Notes under the pieces: model-generated
What the model saw: only the letters and a program-made list of their open reading frames with translations
The model's database searches: none
What the model was told of the DNA's origin: nothing
Made by a program: the position numbers and the translations under genes
In this document: positions 24,007 through 36,732 of the stretch, one piece after another
Layout of the letters: each line of letters opens with the position of its first letter
Position numbering within the stretch: position 1 is the first letter of the stretch
NCBI GenBank assembly: GCA_043228905.1
Contig: JBHGNT010000001.1
Span: 26,350,001-26,414,000 of the forward strand
Direction of reading: 5' to 3'
DNA: 64,000 bases
Source of the DNA: Azolla caroliniana
Lineage: Eukaryota > Plantae > Polypodiophyta

Positions 24007-25083
24007 CTTGGGATTAAGGCAAGTTATTGTAAGCATTAGACCATGGAACCCATGAACTTCCAATTAACACATTCTTTGAAATTTACTTGAATCTTTAGGA
24101 ATGCCTACCAAGGTTCAAATAGGACCTAGGGGATACAACAGTCCAAAGCTAGAATGTGGAACCCATGGGTTGAAGGCAAGTTATTGTATTCAAATACAAT
24201 GGCCTAAGCACTAGACCATGGAACCCATAAGCTTCCAATTAACTTATTATTTTAATGTCACTTGAATATATAATTTGAGGTTCCACCAAGACTTGAACTC
24301 AGCTTATTGGATTTAGAGTCCAATGTCCTAGCACTAGACCATGGCACCCATAGGCCTTGCCTTATGCCATTCCAACTCTTTTGAATATATGAATGTGAAG
24401 TGGTTGAAAATGACCCATGGGATCCAACCTTGCAGACAGTTTGAGGTTCCATCAAGACTTGAACTCGGGTTATTGGATTCAAAGTCTAATGTCCTAACTG
24501 CTAGACCATGGAATCCACAAACTTAACTAAATTGTTTCATGGACTAAATGTTTTTCTTCATGTAAACAAGAGCTACGAGATCAAAGATTCCAACATTGAA
24601 ATTCGGTCCATGGGATCTTACCCAACAAATAGTTTGAGGTTCCACTGGGACTTGAACTCAGATTATTGGACTCAAATTTCAATGTCCTAACCGCAAGTTC
24701 CACCCAGACACGAACTCGGGTTATTAGATTCAAAGTCCATGTCCTAACCGCCAAACCACAGAACCCACAAGACTTAGTTTAGATAACATTCCCTTGAATC
24801 CAATAATTGCATAATTCTCTCTTGAATCTCTAAGAATGCCATGTAAAGTTAAATAAGACCTATAGGTTCTAATGTTGGAACATGGGGTTGAAATCAGTGT
24901 TGGGAAACCGGTCCCTCCGGATGGGATCCGGATGAGAACCAATCAAGCCGGATCGGACGAGTTCAAGGAAGGAATAAGACCGGATGGATCCGGACGGTCA
25001 TATTTGTAAATAGTCCCAAAGTTATATATGTATAAATATAACTAGGGGAACATTGTTCTGTTGTTGTAGTAGTTGTTAGTTGT

Positions 25084-25121
<38 letters not shown>

Positions 25122-26334
25122 TTGTATCTGTTGTAACCTCCAGTTTGGTGAAGATACAGAGCACGAGTTTGTTGCCTCTGTGACTCTTACTATAATTACC
25201 TCTTCCCTATAGTGATCTTGTTCGGAGTTCCTTGATCTCCCATGGTTTTCCTTGATTAGGGTTTCCACATTAATATCATGCGTCATCTTCTCTTACTGTG
25301 TAAGTGCATTCATCCTTATCTTATTTCGTTTCTTCCATTGAGTGATTAAGACTTGGTTGTGGCCGAGCACTATTTCTATCAAACTAGTATCAGAGCGAAC
25401 AACAAAGAAAAAGAAAATGGAAGATTCATTCGATGGCATGTTCAAGCTCACCAGCTCCAACTACCCAGTATGGAAGTCGAAGATGAGGGACATGTTGGTG
25501 GTCAAAGATCTCTAGTTGTTGGTAGAGTTTGGAGATGCAAGACCAGACAAGAGAGATGCTCTGATTTGGGAGGTAATGCACATGAAGACAACAGCCTGTC
25601 ATGATGACATTCACATCATGCCTTGAAATGATTTGAACCCATGATCTTGTTGTACATATGTCAAATCCTTAACCATTGTATTAATATTCTTATATGTATA
25701 ATTTTTAGAATATATAATCTAATATCATAGGAATATTCTATAATACTCTACATTCTAGAATAACCTAGAATATTCTAGAGTGTTCTATACACTAGAACCT
25801 TCTAGATTACTCTACATTCTAGAGTGTTCTCTATTACTTATAAATAGGGATCTATCAATCATTCCAAACCTAAATTGGTTCAATGCCATTTTGTAGCACT
25901 ATATTGTGTACTCCTTGTAATTCATTTTACTCTGCAATACAATATTTCCCTCTCTCGACAGTTTGAACCAATTTTTTTCATTTCTTCCTCTTCCACAAAC
26001 CCTAACAAGTTCTCTTCTTCCTTCTCCTCTCCCCTCGTAAGCTATGGAGTCCATGAGCAAACAGGAGTACATGCATGTTCTTTCTGAGCTTGACATACTC
26101 ACGAAAAAATTTGTGGCATTAGAGCATGAAAATCAAAGGCTACTTGGAGACCTACAACATGTGAGCGCCGAAAAAGCTCAATAGTATGAAGAATTATCAC
26201 AATGGGTTCACCAACTCGAGGCAACTATATTATCATTACGAGAACAAGCGTCAGGGGCTCAAAACTCCCCTAAAGAACCAAAGATTCGCCTCCCCGCCAA
26301 GTTTGATGGTACAAGGTCTTTATTTCGAGGCTTT

Positions 26335-27135
26335 TTGAATCAAGTTCGTCTGGTTATTCAGCATCATCCCAATCGGTATCCAACTGACGTTGCTCGTGTG
26401 GGATTAGTGGGAACTTTGCTATGCAGTACGATGTTAGCATGGTTCGCACCACTTCTCGAGAAGAAATCACCATTGTTGGAGGATTTCGAGGCATTTGTTA
26501 AGGAGTTTCAAGCTAGTTTCAGAGACATCGATAGCACTAGGAAAGAGATAAACAAGATTCGAAGGCTCCGACAAGGAGATCGTCGTGCATCAGCTTACGC
26601 AGCTGATTTTTGTCTCTTAATGGATCAATTCCGTCAAGGTTTGCGAAATGATGTCAAAGATCTTCTTCTTACTTTCCTTGAAGATCTGAAGTCGCTTATG
26701 GAGGCCATTAGTCGAGCCGTGCGATGTGATAATCGCCTATTTGAGCAACATTTTGAGCGCCAACAAATGTTACGCCGCCAACCAGAACAAACTTACGCTT
26801 CCGTAGTTGCAATGCCTCCACAAATTTCTAGACCCATTACAAGGGATGGCCCAACTTCGATGGAAATAGAGTCAACACAACGTCGTGGGCCTTTATCAGA
26901 TGCTAAGAAGCAACATCATCGAGCGCATCGCCTATGCCTGTATTGTGGTGGTCCAGGACATATAGCTGTAAATTGTCCACATAAACCTAGACATCAAGTA
27001 TACCAAGTAAGTGCCCATGACAACCCTACTTCGAGTTCCATTGTTACTTCTAATAACATAAGTAAGCCTCATAGTCCATGCCATGAAAATAGATTCGATG
27101 TCTTGAGCCAATTAGAGGATGTGTTAAACGAGTAA
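26335..27135 (+). CDS. chromovirus Gag (C-terminal part, CLYCGGPGHIAVNC zinc knuckle)
   Basis: ORF track shows retrotransposon gag motifs (LRQG, QFRQGL) and CCHC; the upstream part is interrupted by a stop. Confidence 0.85.
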   Translation: MNQVRLVIQHHPNRYPTDVARVGLVGTLLCSTMLAWFAPLLEKKSPLLEDFEAFVKEFQASFRDIDSTRKEINKIRRLRQGDRRASAYAADFCLLMDQFRQGLRNDVKDLLLTFLEDLKSLMEAISRAVRCDNRLFEQHFERQQMLRRQPEQTYASVVAMPPQISRPITRDGPTSMEIESTQRRGPLSDAKKQHHRAHRLCLYCGGPGHIAVNCPHKPRHQVYQVSAHDNPTSSSIVTSNNISKPHSPCHENRFDVLSQLEDVLNE

Positions 27136-30100
27136 GTCCGGCCAAAATAGGAGCCATTTGGTTGGACCATCCTAGCTATGTAGAGTTAGCTCCTAGTCGT
27201 GGTTCCATTTCATCAAATCAAGTGAGTCAAGTTTTTTCTACATGTCATCGAGTCCTAGGCTCTGTCCTCCTAGATTCTGGAGCCAACTCTTGTTTCATGG
27301 ATCGTGAATATGCCTTGTCACAAAACATCCTCTTGAATAAGCTCCCACACCCAGTAACCATAGGAGTCATTGATGGCCGTCCCATAACATCAGGAGATAT
27401 AGTCAAGGAGTCCGAGCCAATTCAGATAGTTCTTGGTGATTTGGCAAGCATAATCTCTTTCAACATTATTCGCAGTCTGGAACACCCAATAGTGCTAGGT
27501 TTCCCTTGGTTTGAACTCCATAACCCGAAGATTGATTGGATGAAAAGAACAATTGAGGAGACTCAGGAAAAAAGCACAAGCCCCGCATCCCTCTCTCCGA
27601 CATGTGATACTAGATCCCCTAAGTTATCGACCATCTCTCTACGAAAGTTGCGTGAGGAAGGGGGGAACGAGGTCATGTTTGTCTTCAAAATAGTAGCAAC
27701 TCTGTTGAGCGGCAAGCTCAATTGGAGCCGGATCGGCTGAATAAGCTTGAGCCGGTGAGCGAGACGGATCAGTGAGCCGGTGAGCACCCGGTGAGCTGGG
27801 GAGCTGGTTAGTTAGATCCATCAGTAACCGGAAGCCTAGTAGCAGCTAGACTAATAGGGAGTTAATACTCTCGTAGTTAGTGTCAGACGTTGTCATGTTG
27901 TTACGTGCGTGCGTGTAGAAGGGGCGGAACCATGGGGATCTCAGACTAGGGAGTAGAGGAGAAAGTATAAAACATGATATGGAGGCTTAGCTCAAGAGGA
28001 GAAGAGGAAAGAATAAGACCACAACATAGAAGGAGAGATTGGCGGAGGTAAGATACTCAACAAGATATATTAAAACAACGAATGGTTACAACAATGGTGG
28101 CCGCATGGGCTGCACCAAACGACTATGAGAAAACCCTAACCGAAGATGAATAAGGAAAACCCTAAACGAAACCCTAACCCTAAAACGGTAAGAACTCTAG
28201 ACTAAGTGGTATACCTCTCATACGCAAATTAGGCAACCCCTTCATAAGTGACCCCTCCCTTCCTTTTATAGCCCAAGGAGGGAGGAACCTTACAATGTGG
28301 GATAAAATTTCCCCTCTTATTTCTATACACCATTTCTTAGTATACGTGTGCACATGTTGCACACCACCGACTTGCCCTTTCCACCCCGGTTTCCACCTAT
28401 GGACGAAAATCTTCACGACATCCGCCCCCACCAAACCGCACATCCACCGGTATGTGCCAAGAAGGGGAAAGAGGTGAGATTTTCGGCCATGGCGGTCAAC
28501 CGAGTCCTTAGCGTCTTTGTCAGCTTTGCCCGACTTCGTCTTCCACTTCGAGCAAGCCCATCCGTCCCACATGGACCACCGTAGCCTCCCGGTCTGCCAT
28601 ATCCGTCGTTTTCTCTCGAACCGTCGGCTCAATCCGATCCACCATACTCGACGGGGTTCGCCGAACCACTGTCTCCGCCCAGTCCACCAGACCCGGTCTT
28701 TGCAAACCTCTCTTTGCCTTCCTCCGTTTTCCGTGCACGACCTTGGAACGAATCCTCGTTCTTCCCGACTGTTTGCCGAATATCGCACCGTGTGCTCCTC
28801 GTCCACGCTTGTCTCGCCTCGGCCGCTTCCTCGACTCGGCATTGCCACGCGCCGAACTTTGTCGTCGATCATCCTCGTGCTCGTTGCTCGGCCCTTACAC
28901 GGCCACATCACACGTCTCGCTCTCCGCTCCGCTCTGCATACCCTTTCGAAAAGGTACGTTGCTTCTCCGACATCCGTGTCGGTGCTCTCGTCTTCGGTGT
29001 CCTCCGCAACCTCCAATGTTGCTGCTTCGCCCTGAGGTACATCCTCTTGGTCCGCCTCGTATGTCCTCTGGATGCGCTCCGGATCTCTCCGATCGCACTC
29101 CGGTTTCCGCCCTTTGCGTGCCGCTCCTTCGGTTTTATCGTCTCCGCATGCCGACGCCTCGGTGTGTCGACTCTTCCCGATCCGCGCTTGCCTTCCGTAG
29201 GCTCTTCCTGTGCGCCGATGTTGTTCCCCGAATATGCACTCATTCTTTGGCCCTTAGGCGACCCCATTCCGTGTTCCTTGCTTCTCCTTTGCCCACTGTG
29301 CTCTCTCACCGTAGAGCGTACTGTCATCCCGACCTTCGTGTTAGTGTCCCTCGAGGCTCTCGTTACCGCCTCGCCTCGACTTGCGCCCTCTTGGCCCGCT
29401 TGGCCTTGCATGCCCTCCGGGAAGCCGTTGCGTCTTCTCTTCCCGGTGTGTACCCCGTTGTTCTCCACGCACCATCCTTCGCTCTCGTCGTTCATCCGCC
29501 GATCCCAGCAACTCACCGCTCTGTCTCTTGCCGCGTGCTTGCCTCTCAAAGGCTCGACCTGTCCGCCGTTACCGGTCACTCGTTGCCGCTCTTCTGGGTG
29601 CATGCTTGCTTCTTGGCCCTTTGCCGTCCGTTGTGCATGCTTCGTGTTACATGCTTCATCCGCTGTAGACCCAACCTCCGCGTCGGTCTCTTCGTCCTTC
29701 GTTTCCGTAGCCCCTTTCGACTCCGGCTTGCTGTCTTGGCCCTGCTCGTCCGTCCGGATATCCGCTACAGTCCCCGATTCTGCATTTGCCTCCAACTCCT
29801 CGCCGCCACCCGCCGTCTCTTCGCAACCGCCAAAGTCTTAAGAATAGATGTGGAGGGTCCCTCTTGCATTTGGCCTCCCACCGAGTCGTACTCCTCATGC
29901 ATGCTTGGCCTCCTTCTCGCGCTCACCGGCTCCCAACAGGTGTTGTGGCCCGTTCGCCTCGACCTCCAATCATGCCGACTTAGCCTTCGCCCGGATCGGT
30001 CTCAGCCGATCGAGTTCCGGTTTGGTCGGCTCCCTTCTGTAATCGTAACCGGCCGGTACATGTTTGTCCAAACAAATCCGGCCTTGCCAACTCTTCTTCG

Positions 30101-30336
30101 GTTCGGGCCCGGTTGACCAGACCCCGCTCCAATCTTCTTCCACGTCGTCTTCCGGTCGTGTTGGATTATCAACCAGTTCATTTTCTGGTCGGGTCGGTTC
30201 CCGACTCTCTCCTCTTTGCCACTCCTAACCTCTCCGTCGGTCCTATTGTATATGCCCGTTCCGGGCCTCGCATCCTCATCTTCGTACGTGTTCGCTTCGG
30301 GCCACGCCTCCTCATGACCACGACCCTTCTCCCCGG

Positions 30337-30928
30337 TGTCGTGAAGAATTTCGGCTAGAGGCGGAAACCGGGAACATTGGCTACATCGGCGGGGTGCAGC
30401 GTGTGAACGCACCCATGTACATTTAGTGTGAATATCGAGGGCACCTTTATGGCGCCGAAGAGTAGTCAAGTCGGGGCAGACGATCCCATGTAAGGCGGGA
30501 TTTGTCCCACATTGTAACGCATCCCTTTCCTTGTTCTATAAAAGGAAGGGAGCACCCTTTGTGAAAGGGTTGCCCATTTTGCATTAGAGGGTATACCGTT
30601 AGGTTTAGAGTTAGGTTCTTCTTCTTCTCCTTCTTCGTGTTTCGCTTAGGGTTTGCTTGGTTCGGCCTCCTGTGCAAGACCCCGCTCGGCACGACGAGCT
30701 GAGAGCTCCCCGACGGCGGCTTGACAGCAAACGACTACTATAACCTACGTTAGTCCGGCTCGACGCCGGGAATGTATTCTTCCCTTCATACATATATATA
30801 TACGTTTGTCTGTGTATATTCGCGTCGTTGTTGGCGTCGGGTGCTTACCCTTTCCTGCGTTTTCTGTACATAAGGCGTGAGTCGGGTTGTGCATGTGTGT
30901 GTGTGCGTGTGCGTGAGTCAGTGTTAAG

Positions 30929-30972
<44 letters not shown>

Positions 30973-33900
30973 TCGGTTGCTTCCGGTGTGTCTCTGGGAT
31001 GCCCCAGAAACAGTGAAGCACAACTTCCTACGCTCCATCACTCTCTAGTCCATGACCCCCGTGGTCCCACCTTTCTCCACGCACGCGCGTAACAATGCGA
31101 CATATATGGTGAACCCGACGTGAAAGGCGGCAAGGGAGGATGGAGTCGGAAGACGACAACCTTGCGGAGATAGTGGCCGAAGTGGTGTTGGAGTCGGCAC
31201 GAGTGGTGATGAGGCGAGAAGCAGCGCAACAAGCGGTTGAGCGAGTGGTCGAAAGAGTCGGCCGTTTCAACGGGGACAAAGTCCCATCTTACTTGGAAGC
31301 CTACAATGTGGAAATGGAGGAGTGTGGCGTAGACGAGGCGTTGAGGCTGGAGTTCTTCTGTCGGGTCATAGCTATCCGGAGGCATGCGGAAGTAAAGGAG
31401 CTCCGTGAGGCTCATAGTTCGTGGGAGGCCTTCGAAGAGGCACTCCTGAAGGCATACGGAGGACGGCGGAAGAGCCGGGGATGGCACGACTTCGACCAGT
31501 GGGTAGCATCGGCAAAGAACCACCGGGGCACGACGAAGGCGTTCCGAGATTTCGAGCGACGGCTTGCTCGGCTCCCGGAGCGGGAACAAGGTTTGGTGGG
31601 GGCGGACAAAGTCCTTTTGTTCGTCAGGTCGATCGACCGAGCGGAACGGGAAGTCATCGGGATTGAGCTCGAAGACGATGACGGAGCGAATGGGCTTACG
31701 GAGGACTGGTCGAAGGTCGGAAGGGTGTGCCAATGGCTAGACAACGAGCGAGCCGAGAAGGCTAAGAGGAAGGTATGCGACGGCGTGCCATCACAACGGG
31801 AAGAGGCCGAACGGAAAAGGGAGTTGGCAAGGGTCGGCGTTGGGGCCAGGATTGCGGAGGCGTGTGCAGCTCTCGATGCGATGCTCGAGGAAGAGGAAAG
31901 ACGAAGGCCGCAAGCCGAGACTGAGAAGACGGACCTGCCCCACGCGACGGCGGAAGATCGGTACCACGGTACCACGGGAGAGGGTGCGGAGTAAACCGCC
32001 CTCTCGGCATGCGGAAAAGGACGACCCGGGACAGGGTCGGAAGCCTACGGAAGATCCTTCACACCGGTTCTAGAGACTTCGGCAGTCGGCAACACGGTCG
32101 ACGTGAGACCAAGATACTGACGGTGGCGGCGAGGTGACAAAGGCAAGGGCTAAGGATCAGAAGCCTATGGAGGATCCTTCATGCCGGTTCTAGAGACTTC
32201 GGCAGTCGGCAACGCGGTCGACGTAAGACCAAGATACTGACGGTGGCGGCGAGGTGACGAAGGCTATGCGCGTAAGGAAGTCTGGTCCTACGAGATCCCC
32301 ACACTTAACCAGAGACCCCGGCTGTTCGGCCAACGTGGCAACGTAAGACCGAGGGAGAAGGAAGGTGGCGGCGGGAAACGGGACCCGACTACGCGGAAGA
32401 CACGAGGAGAGTCCGGGAGGGACTCAAACAAAAGACACCCGAATTACGGCAGACATCGAAACGGAGTCCGGTCCTATGGGACCCTCACACCGATCCGGAG
32501 ACCTCGGCTGATCGGCCAACGCGGCAACGTAAGACCGATGGAGAAGGACGGTGGCGGCAGGGAACGGGACCCGACGACACGAGGGTTCGGAAGGAGCCGG
32601 TAGGGGCAAACACGGGGAGGTGTGTCGGGCCGGAAGGGCACACCTGGGACAAAACAAGAGTCTCGCAAGTGGCCATCGCGGGCCGGATCGGAGCGTGACT
32701 ACGGGACGGTGTTCGACACGGGCGGTGTCGAACAAAGGAAGCGGAAGACGGCACAAGAGAGGTGTCGGGAACGAGGTGACAAGTGCCTAGTGGACTGCAC
32801 AGGGTCAGAGTCAGGGGATGGCAAGAGAGGCCGGAGGAGGATCCTCCACACTCGCTTCATAGATCTCGGTAGCTCCGTTGAAGTAGCGAAGACTGACACG
32901 GCAAGCCCGGGGTGACAAGCTGGTGGGGGCGAGGGGACGACGGCAAGCGGAAGACTCAGGACCTATCACGGCAGCACGAAGACGGGAAGGGCCAAGCAGG
33001 CTACTACGGGGTGTTCCTCGGATGCAAAGGACACTGGTATGCGGGTGAACGACGATGCACGATCTGGCCAAAAAGGGGCCGACAAGGCGTGCAATAAACC
33101 GGAGTGCGACATAGGCGGTGCCAAACAACGGGCGAGGGTATATGGCACACGGAGGTGTCGGAGCGGAAAGGCGAGCGCGGAGATAGGTTGCGCGGTTCGG
33201 AGGTATCGCGGAGAAGACCGGAGAGGGATCCCCACACCGTTCCGAAGACCATGGCGGTTCGAACCGACGCGGCGATGTAAGACCATCGAGAAGGAAGGTG
33301 GTGGCGAAAGGACCAGGGCAACGCGAAACGACATGGGACGGCAATCAGGACGACGCGAATGATCAACGAAGGCCAAGCGGGCCGCTACGGGCGTTCCTCA
33401 AACGGAGGACATCGGTCATATGGCGGGAAGCGGGGCGTTCATACGGCCGAACAAGGGCCAACGGAAGTACGCGTACTGCGGAGATCGCGGCAGAGGACCC
33501 ATCGACGGGTCGAACGAGCCTACGGGGAGGCGAGCACGAAGGAAGACTCGAAGCCGACGGGTCAAACCGGCAGCGAGCCGGGATGCGGATTACGGAAGAC
33601 CGGTTTCTCACCGGCCGAAATCTCTCACCCTTCAACCGGATTTGGCATGTACCAGTGGACGTGCAGTTAGGTGGGGGCGGATGTCGTGAAGAATTTCGGC
33701 CACAGGCGGAAACCGGGAACATTGGCTACATCGGCGGGGTGCAGCGTGTGAACGCACCCATGTACATTTAGTGTGAATATCGAGGGCGCCTTTATGGCGC
33801 CGAAGAGTAGTCAAGTCGGGGCAGACGATCCCATGTAAGGCGAGATTTGTCCCACATTGTAACGCATCCCTTTCCTTGTTCTATAAAAGGAAGGGAGCAC

Positions 33901-34425
33901 CCTTTGTGAAAGGGTTGCCCATTTTGCATTAGAGGGTATACCGTTAGGTTTAGAGTTAGGTTCTTCTTCTTCTCCTTCTTCGTGTTTCGCTTAGGGTTTG
34001 CTTGGTTCGGCCTCCTGTGCAAGACCCCGCTCGGCGCGATGAGCTGAGAGCTCCCCGACGGCGGCTTGACAGCAAACGACTACTGTAACCTACGTTAGTC
34101 CGGCTCGACGCCAGGAATGTATTCTTCCCTTCATACATATATATATACGTTTGTCTGTGTATATTCGCGTCGTTGTTGGCGTCGGGTGCTTACCCTTTCC
34201 TGCGGTTTCTGTACATAAGGCGTGAGTCGGGTTGTGCGTGTGTGTGTGTGCGTGTGCGTGAGTCGGTGTTAAGCACGCTCTCTCTCTCTCTCCCTTCGAT
34301 TGCTTCCGGTGTGTCTCTGGGATGCCCCAGAAACAGTGAAGCACGACTTCCTACGCTCCATCACTCTCTAGTCCATGACCCCCGTGGTCCCGCCTTTCTC
34401 CACGCACGCACGTAACAACGTGACA
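30337..34425 (+). mobile_element. non-autonomous gag-only gypsy element 'Gypsy-8' (4.1 kb)
   Basis: LTRs 30337-31102 and 33682-34425; tRNA-Trp PBS at 31107-31124; PPT ggtgggggcgga; perfect 4-bp TSD ccgg. No pol motifs seen. Confidence 0.93.
31140..31994 (+). CDS. Gag-like protein of Gypsy-8
   Basis: 284-aa ORF 15 nt after the PBS. VGRFNGDKVPSYLEAY and KVLLFVRSID are homologous to the gag of Gypsy-7 and Gypsy-9. Confidence 0.8.
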   Translation: MESEDDNLAEIVAEVVLESARVVMRREAAQQAVERVVERVGRFNGDKVPSYLEAYNVEMEECGVDEALRLEFFCRVIAIRRHAEVKELREAHSSWEAFEEALLKAYGGRRKSRGWHDFDQWVASAKNHRGTTKAFRDFERRLARLPEREQGLVGADKVLLFVRSIDRAEREVIGIELEDDDGANGLTEDWSKVGRVCQWLDNERAEKAKRKVCDGVPSQREEAERKRELARVGVGARIAEACAALDAMLEEEERRRPQAETEKTDLPHATAEDRYHGTTGEGAE

Positions 34426-36732
34426 CCGGTCTTATGTTGGCATTCGAGCGCAGCCGCCATAGTCTCCGGCCCCGGTGTCGAGGGGTCTCTCCTCCGTCCG
34501 CTATGACCTTCCTCGTCGTTGTTTCGATCGTCCGCTTTGCCGCCGCCACCTTCCGTCTCTCCGGTCTCACGTGGGTTCTCGGGGCCGACCGCCGAAGTCC
34601 CTGCAATAGGTGTGGGAAAAGTCTCGATACCATTACTCGCCGATGTCATGTTTGTAGCCACCTTTGTTCGGACGTTGTGGTCCGTGGCTCTCTCGTCCCC
34701 AGTTACGCTAGCCTCGGTTATGCTTGCTACGTCCTTGTCCTCGTCGTCGTCTCGGTTGCCCGCCTTGCCATCGCCACTGTCCGTCGCTCTAGGTCTCACG
34801 ACAGCACTCGGGCCGACCGTCGGAGCCTCTAGGACCGGTGTGGGTAAGGACCCGGCACCACCACTCGTTGTGTTTGTAGCTGCCTCCGTCTGAACGTCGT
34901 TGTCCGTGGCTACCCCGTCTCCGATCGCGGAAGCCTCGATTACGTTTGCTGCCTCCTCTTCCTCGATCTCCTTGCCGTCATCTTGGTTGCCCGCCTTGCC
35001 GTCGCCACCGCCCATCGCTCTAGGTCTCACGCCGGCTCTCGGACCGGATGCCGGAATCTCTAGGACCGGTGTGTGTAAGGTCACGGCACCGCCGCTTGTC
35101 TCCTCCCCACTCGATGTTTCGGGCCGCCATGTCCCGAATCCATAGTTACCGGCCTTCATGGTCGTCCCTTCACCACAAGGCAAGAGGGTCGCTTGCTCCG
35201 CACCTCTCCCATGTCGCCATCGTACACTCTCCCGGCCTCCGTATAGGCCCTGTCTTCTACGTTTAGGGAGGCTTCTTCCTCCGCATCCTCCGATCGCCTC
35301 CGGCCCGACTCCATAATAAGCCCTTCTTTAGCTTTGAACTTCGCCTTCACGCTCTCGCACGCCTCCCATACCAACGCCTCTAGGTTGTACTCCTCCGGTT
35401 GATCGCGCGTCGAGCTCTCTTCCGATGGTAGTGCGTAGTCGCTCTCCGCCACTCATGGATGTTGTTGCCTACCGCTCCCCATCGGGTTGCCGGCATACCC
35501 ACTCCGGTTTCACGTATTCGTATGTGTCCAATAGAGCTCCCTCAAAGGACTCCCATGACTCGTGAGCTTCTTGAAGCTCCTTGACCTCTTTGTGCACTGA
35601 TACGGCCACCACTCGATGAAAATATTCTAGCCGCATCACTTCGTTCACGCCCCTCCTCATCATCTCGGTTGTGTACGCTTCCAAGAACCTCAGGACTTCG
35701 TCCCCGTTGAATCGGCCGACTCGATCGACCACCCTCTCGACGGCTTGTTGAGCCGTATCTCGCCTCGCCTTATTCCGTCCGGCTTCCATCACGATCTTTG
35801 CCATCATCTCCTCGAAGTCGAAGTCTTCTTCCATCTGCATGCTCCCTTGCCGCCCTTCACGTCGGGTTCACCAAAGATGTCACGTTGTTACGCACATGCG
35901 TGGAGAAGGGGCGGGACCACGGGGGTCTCAGACTAGGGAGTAGAGGAGAAAGAATAAAACATGATATGGAGGCTTAGCTCAAGAGGAGAAGAGGAAAGAA
36001 TAAGACCACGACATAGAAGGAGAGATCGGCGGAGGTAAGATACTCAACAAGATATATTAAAACAACGAATGGTTACAACAATGGTGGCCGCATGGGCTGC
36101 ACCAAACGACTATAAGAAAACCCTAACCGAAGATGAATAAGGAAAACCCTAAACGAAACCCTAACCCTAAAACGGTAAGAACTCTAGACTAAGTGGTATA
36201 CCTCTAATACGCAAAATAGGCAACCCCTTCATAAGTGACCCCTCCCTTCCTTTTATAGCCCAAGGAGGGAGGGACCTTACAATGTGGGATAAAATTTCCC
36301 CTCTTATTTCTATACACCATTTCTTAGTATACGTGTGCACATGTTGCACACCACCGACTTGCCCTTTCCACCCCGGTTTCCGCCTATGGACGAAAATCTT
36401 CACGACAACACTCGAGTGAGCATTGAAGTACACCGTACTTCTGTCAATCCGTATGGACTTATATAAAAGTGTTCGTTGAACACATACTATGTACAGAGTG
36501 TTGATATAATTTTTGAATAGTGATTCTTGTTCTGCTCTCTCTGTCTCTCTCGCGTACTGTTAAGCTCTCCATTAAACCTGTTCTCTGTTTTCTGTTTTCT
36601 GTTTTCTATTTTCTATTGCTTCCACAAGCTATTTTTTTTTACATGGTATCAGAGTGCGAGGGTTGAGAACCTCTACAACCGACATTCGCTTTCGCAAGAA
36701 GAAAACCTAACCTTTGAAAAAAAAAAAAAACA

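Larger units (their letters stand above)
21195..24897 (-). repeat. tandem array of tRNA-Gln genes and pseudogenes, left block (about 16 full or partial copies, units about 180-260 bp)
   Basis: Reverse-complement tRNA-Gln begins at 21400, 21600, 21797, 22053, 22313, 22569, 22766, ~23006 (partial), 23247, 23428, 23672, 23935, 24278, 24444, 24637 and ~24695. Copies are separated by a conserved spacer (tctctcttgaatctataggaatgccaaccaaggttcaaataggacctagggg). Confidence 0.95.
27891..36407 (-). mobile_element. non-autonomous gag-only gypsy element 'Gypsy-7'
   Basis: 530-bp LTRs at 27891-28420 and 35878-36407. PBS TGGTGAACCCGACGTGAA (tRNA-Trp) at 35856-35873 and PPT at 28421-28437. gag N-terminus at 35840-35469; no PR, RT or INT motifs seen. 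TSD acgt/acac. Confidence 0.9.

Noticed and set aside
22145-24690. Repeated short ORFs (RPWNPQ...FHRDLNSGYWIQS)
   Set aside because: They are antisense translations of the tRNA array units.
24853-24886. Apparent 34-bp target-site duplication around Copia-5 (matches 58177-58210)
   Set aside because: Better explained by a pre-existing ~40-bp tandem duplication in the array spacer plus an ordinary 5-bp TSD (atcag/ataag).
21195-24897. CRISPR-like repeat-spacer array
   Set aside because: The spacers are homologous to each other, the repeats are 72-nt tRNA genes, the context is eukaryotic and there are no cas genes.
28180-30469. Long overlapping ORFs (375, 457, 295 and 278 aa) as host or novel genes
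   Set aside because: They lie in the GC-rich, stop-poor internal region of Gypsy-7, are low complexity and show no recognisable domain. Only the sense-strand gag extension is kept as a hypothesis.
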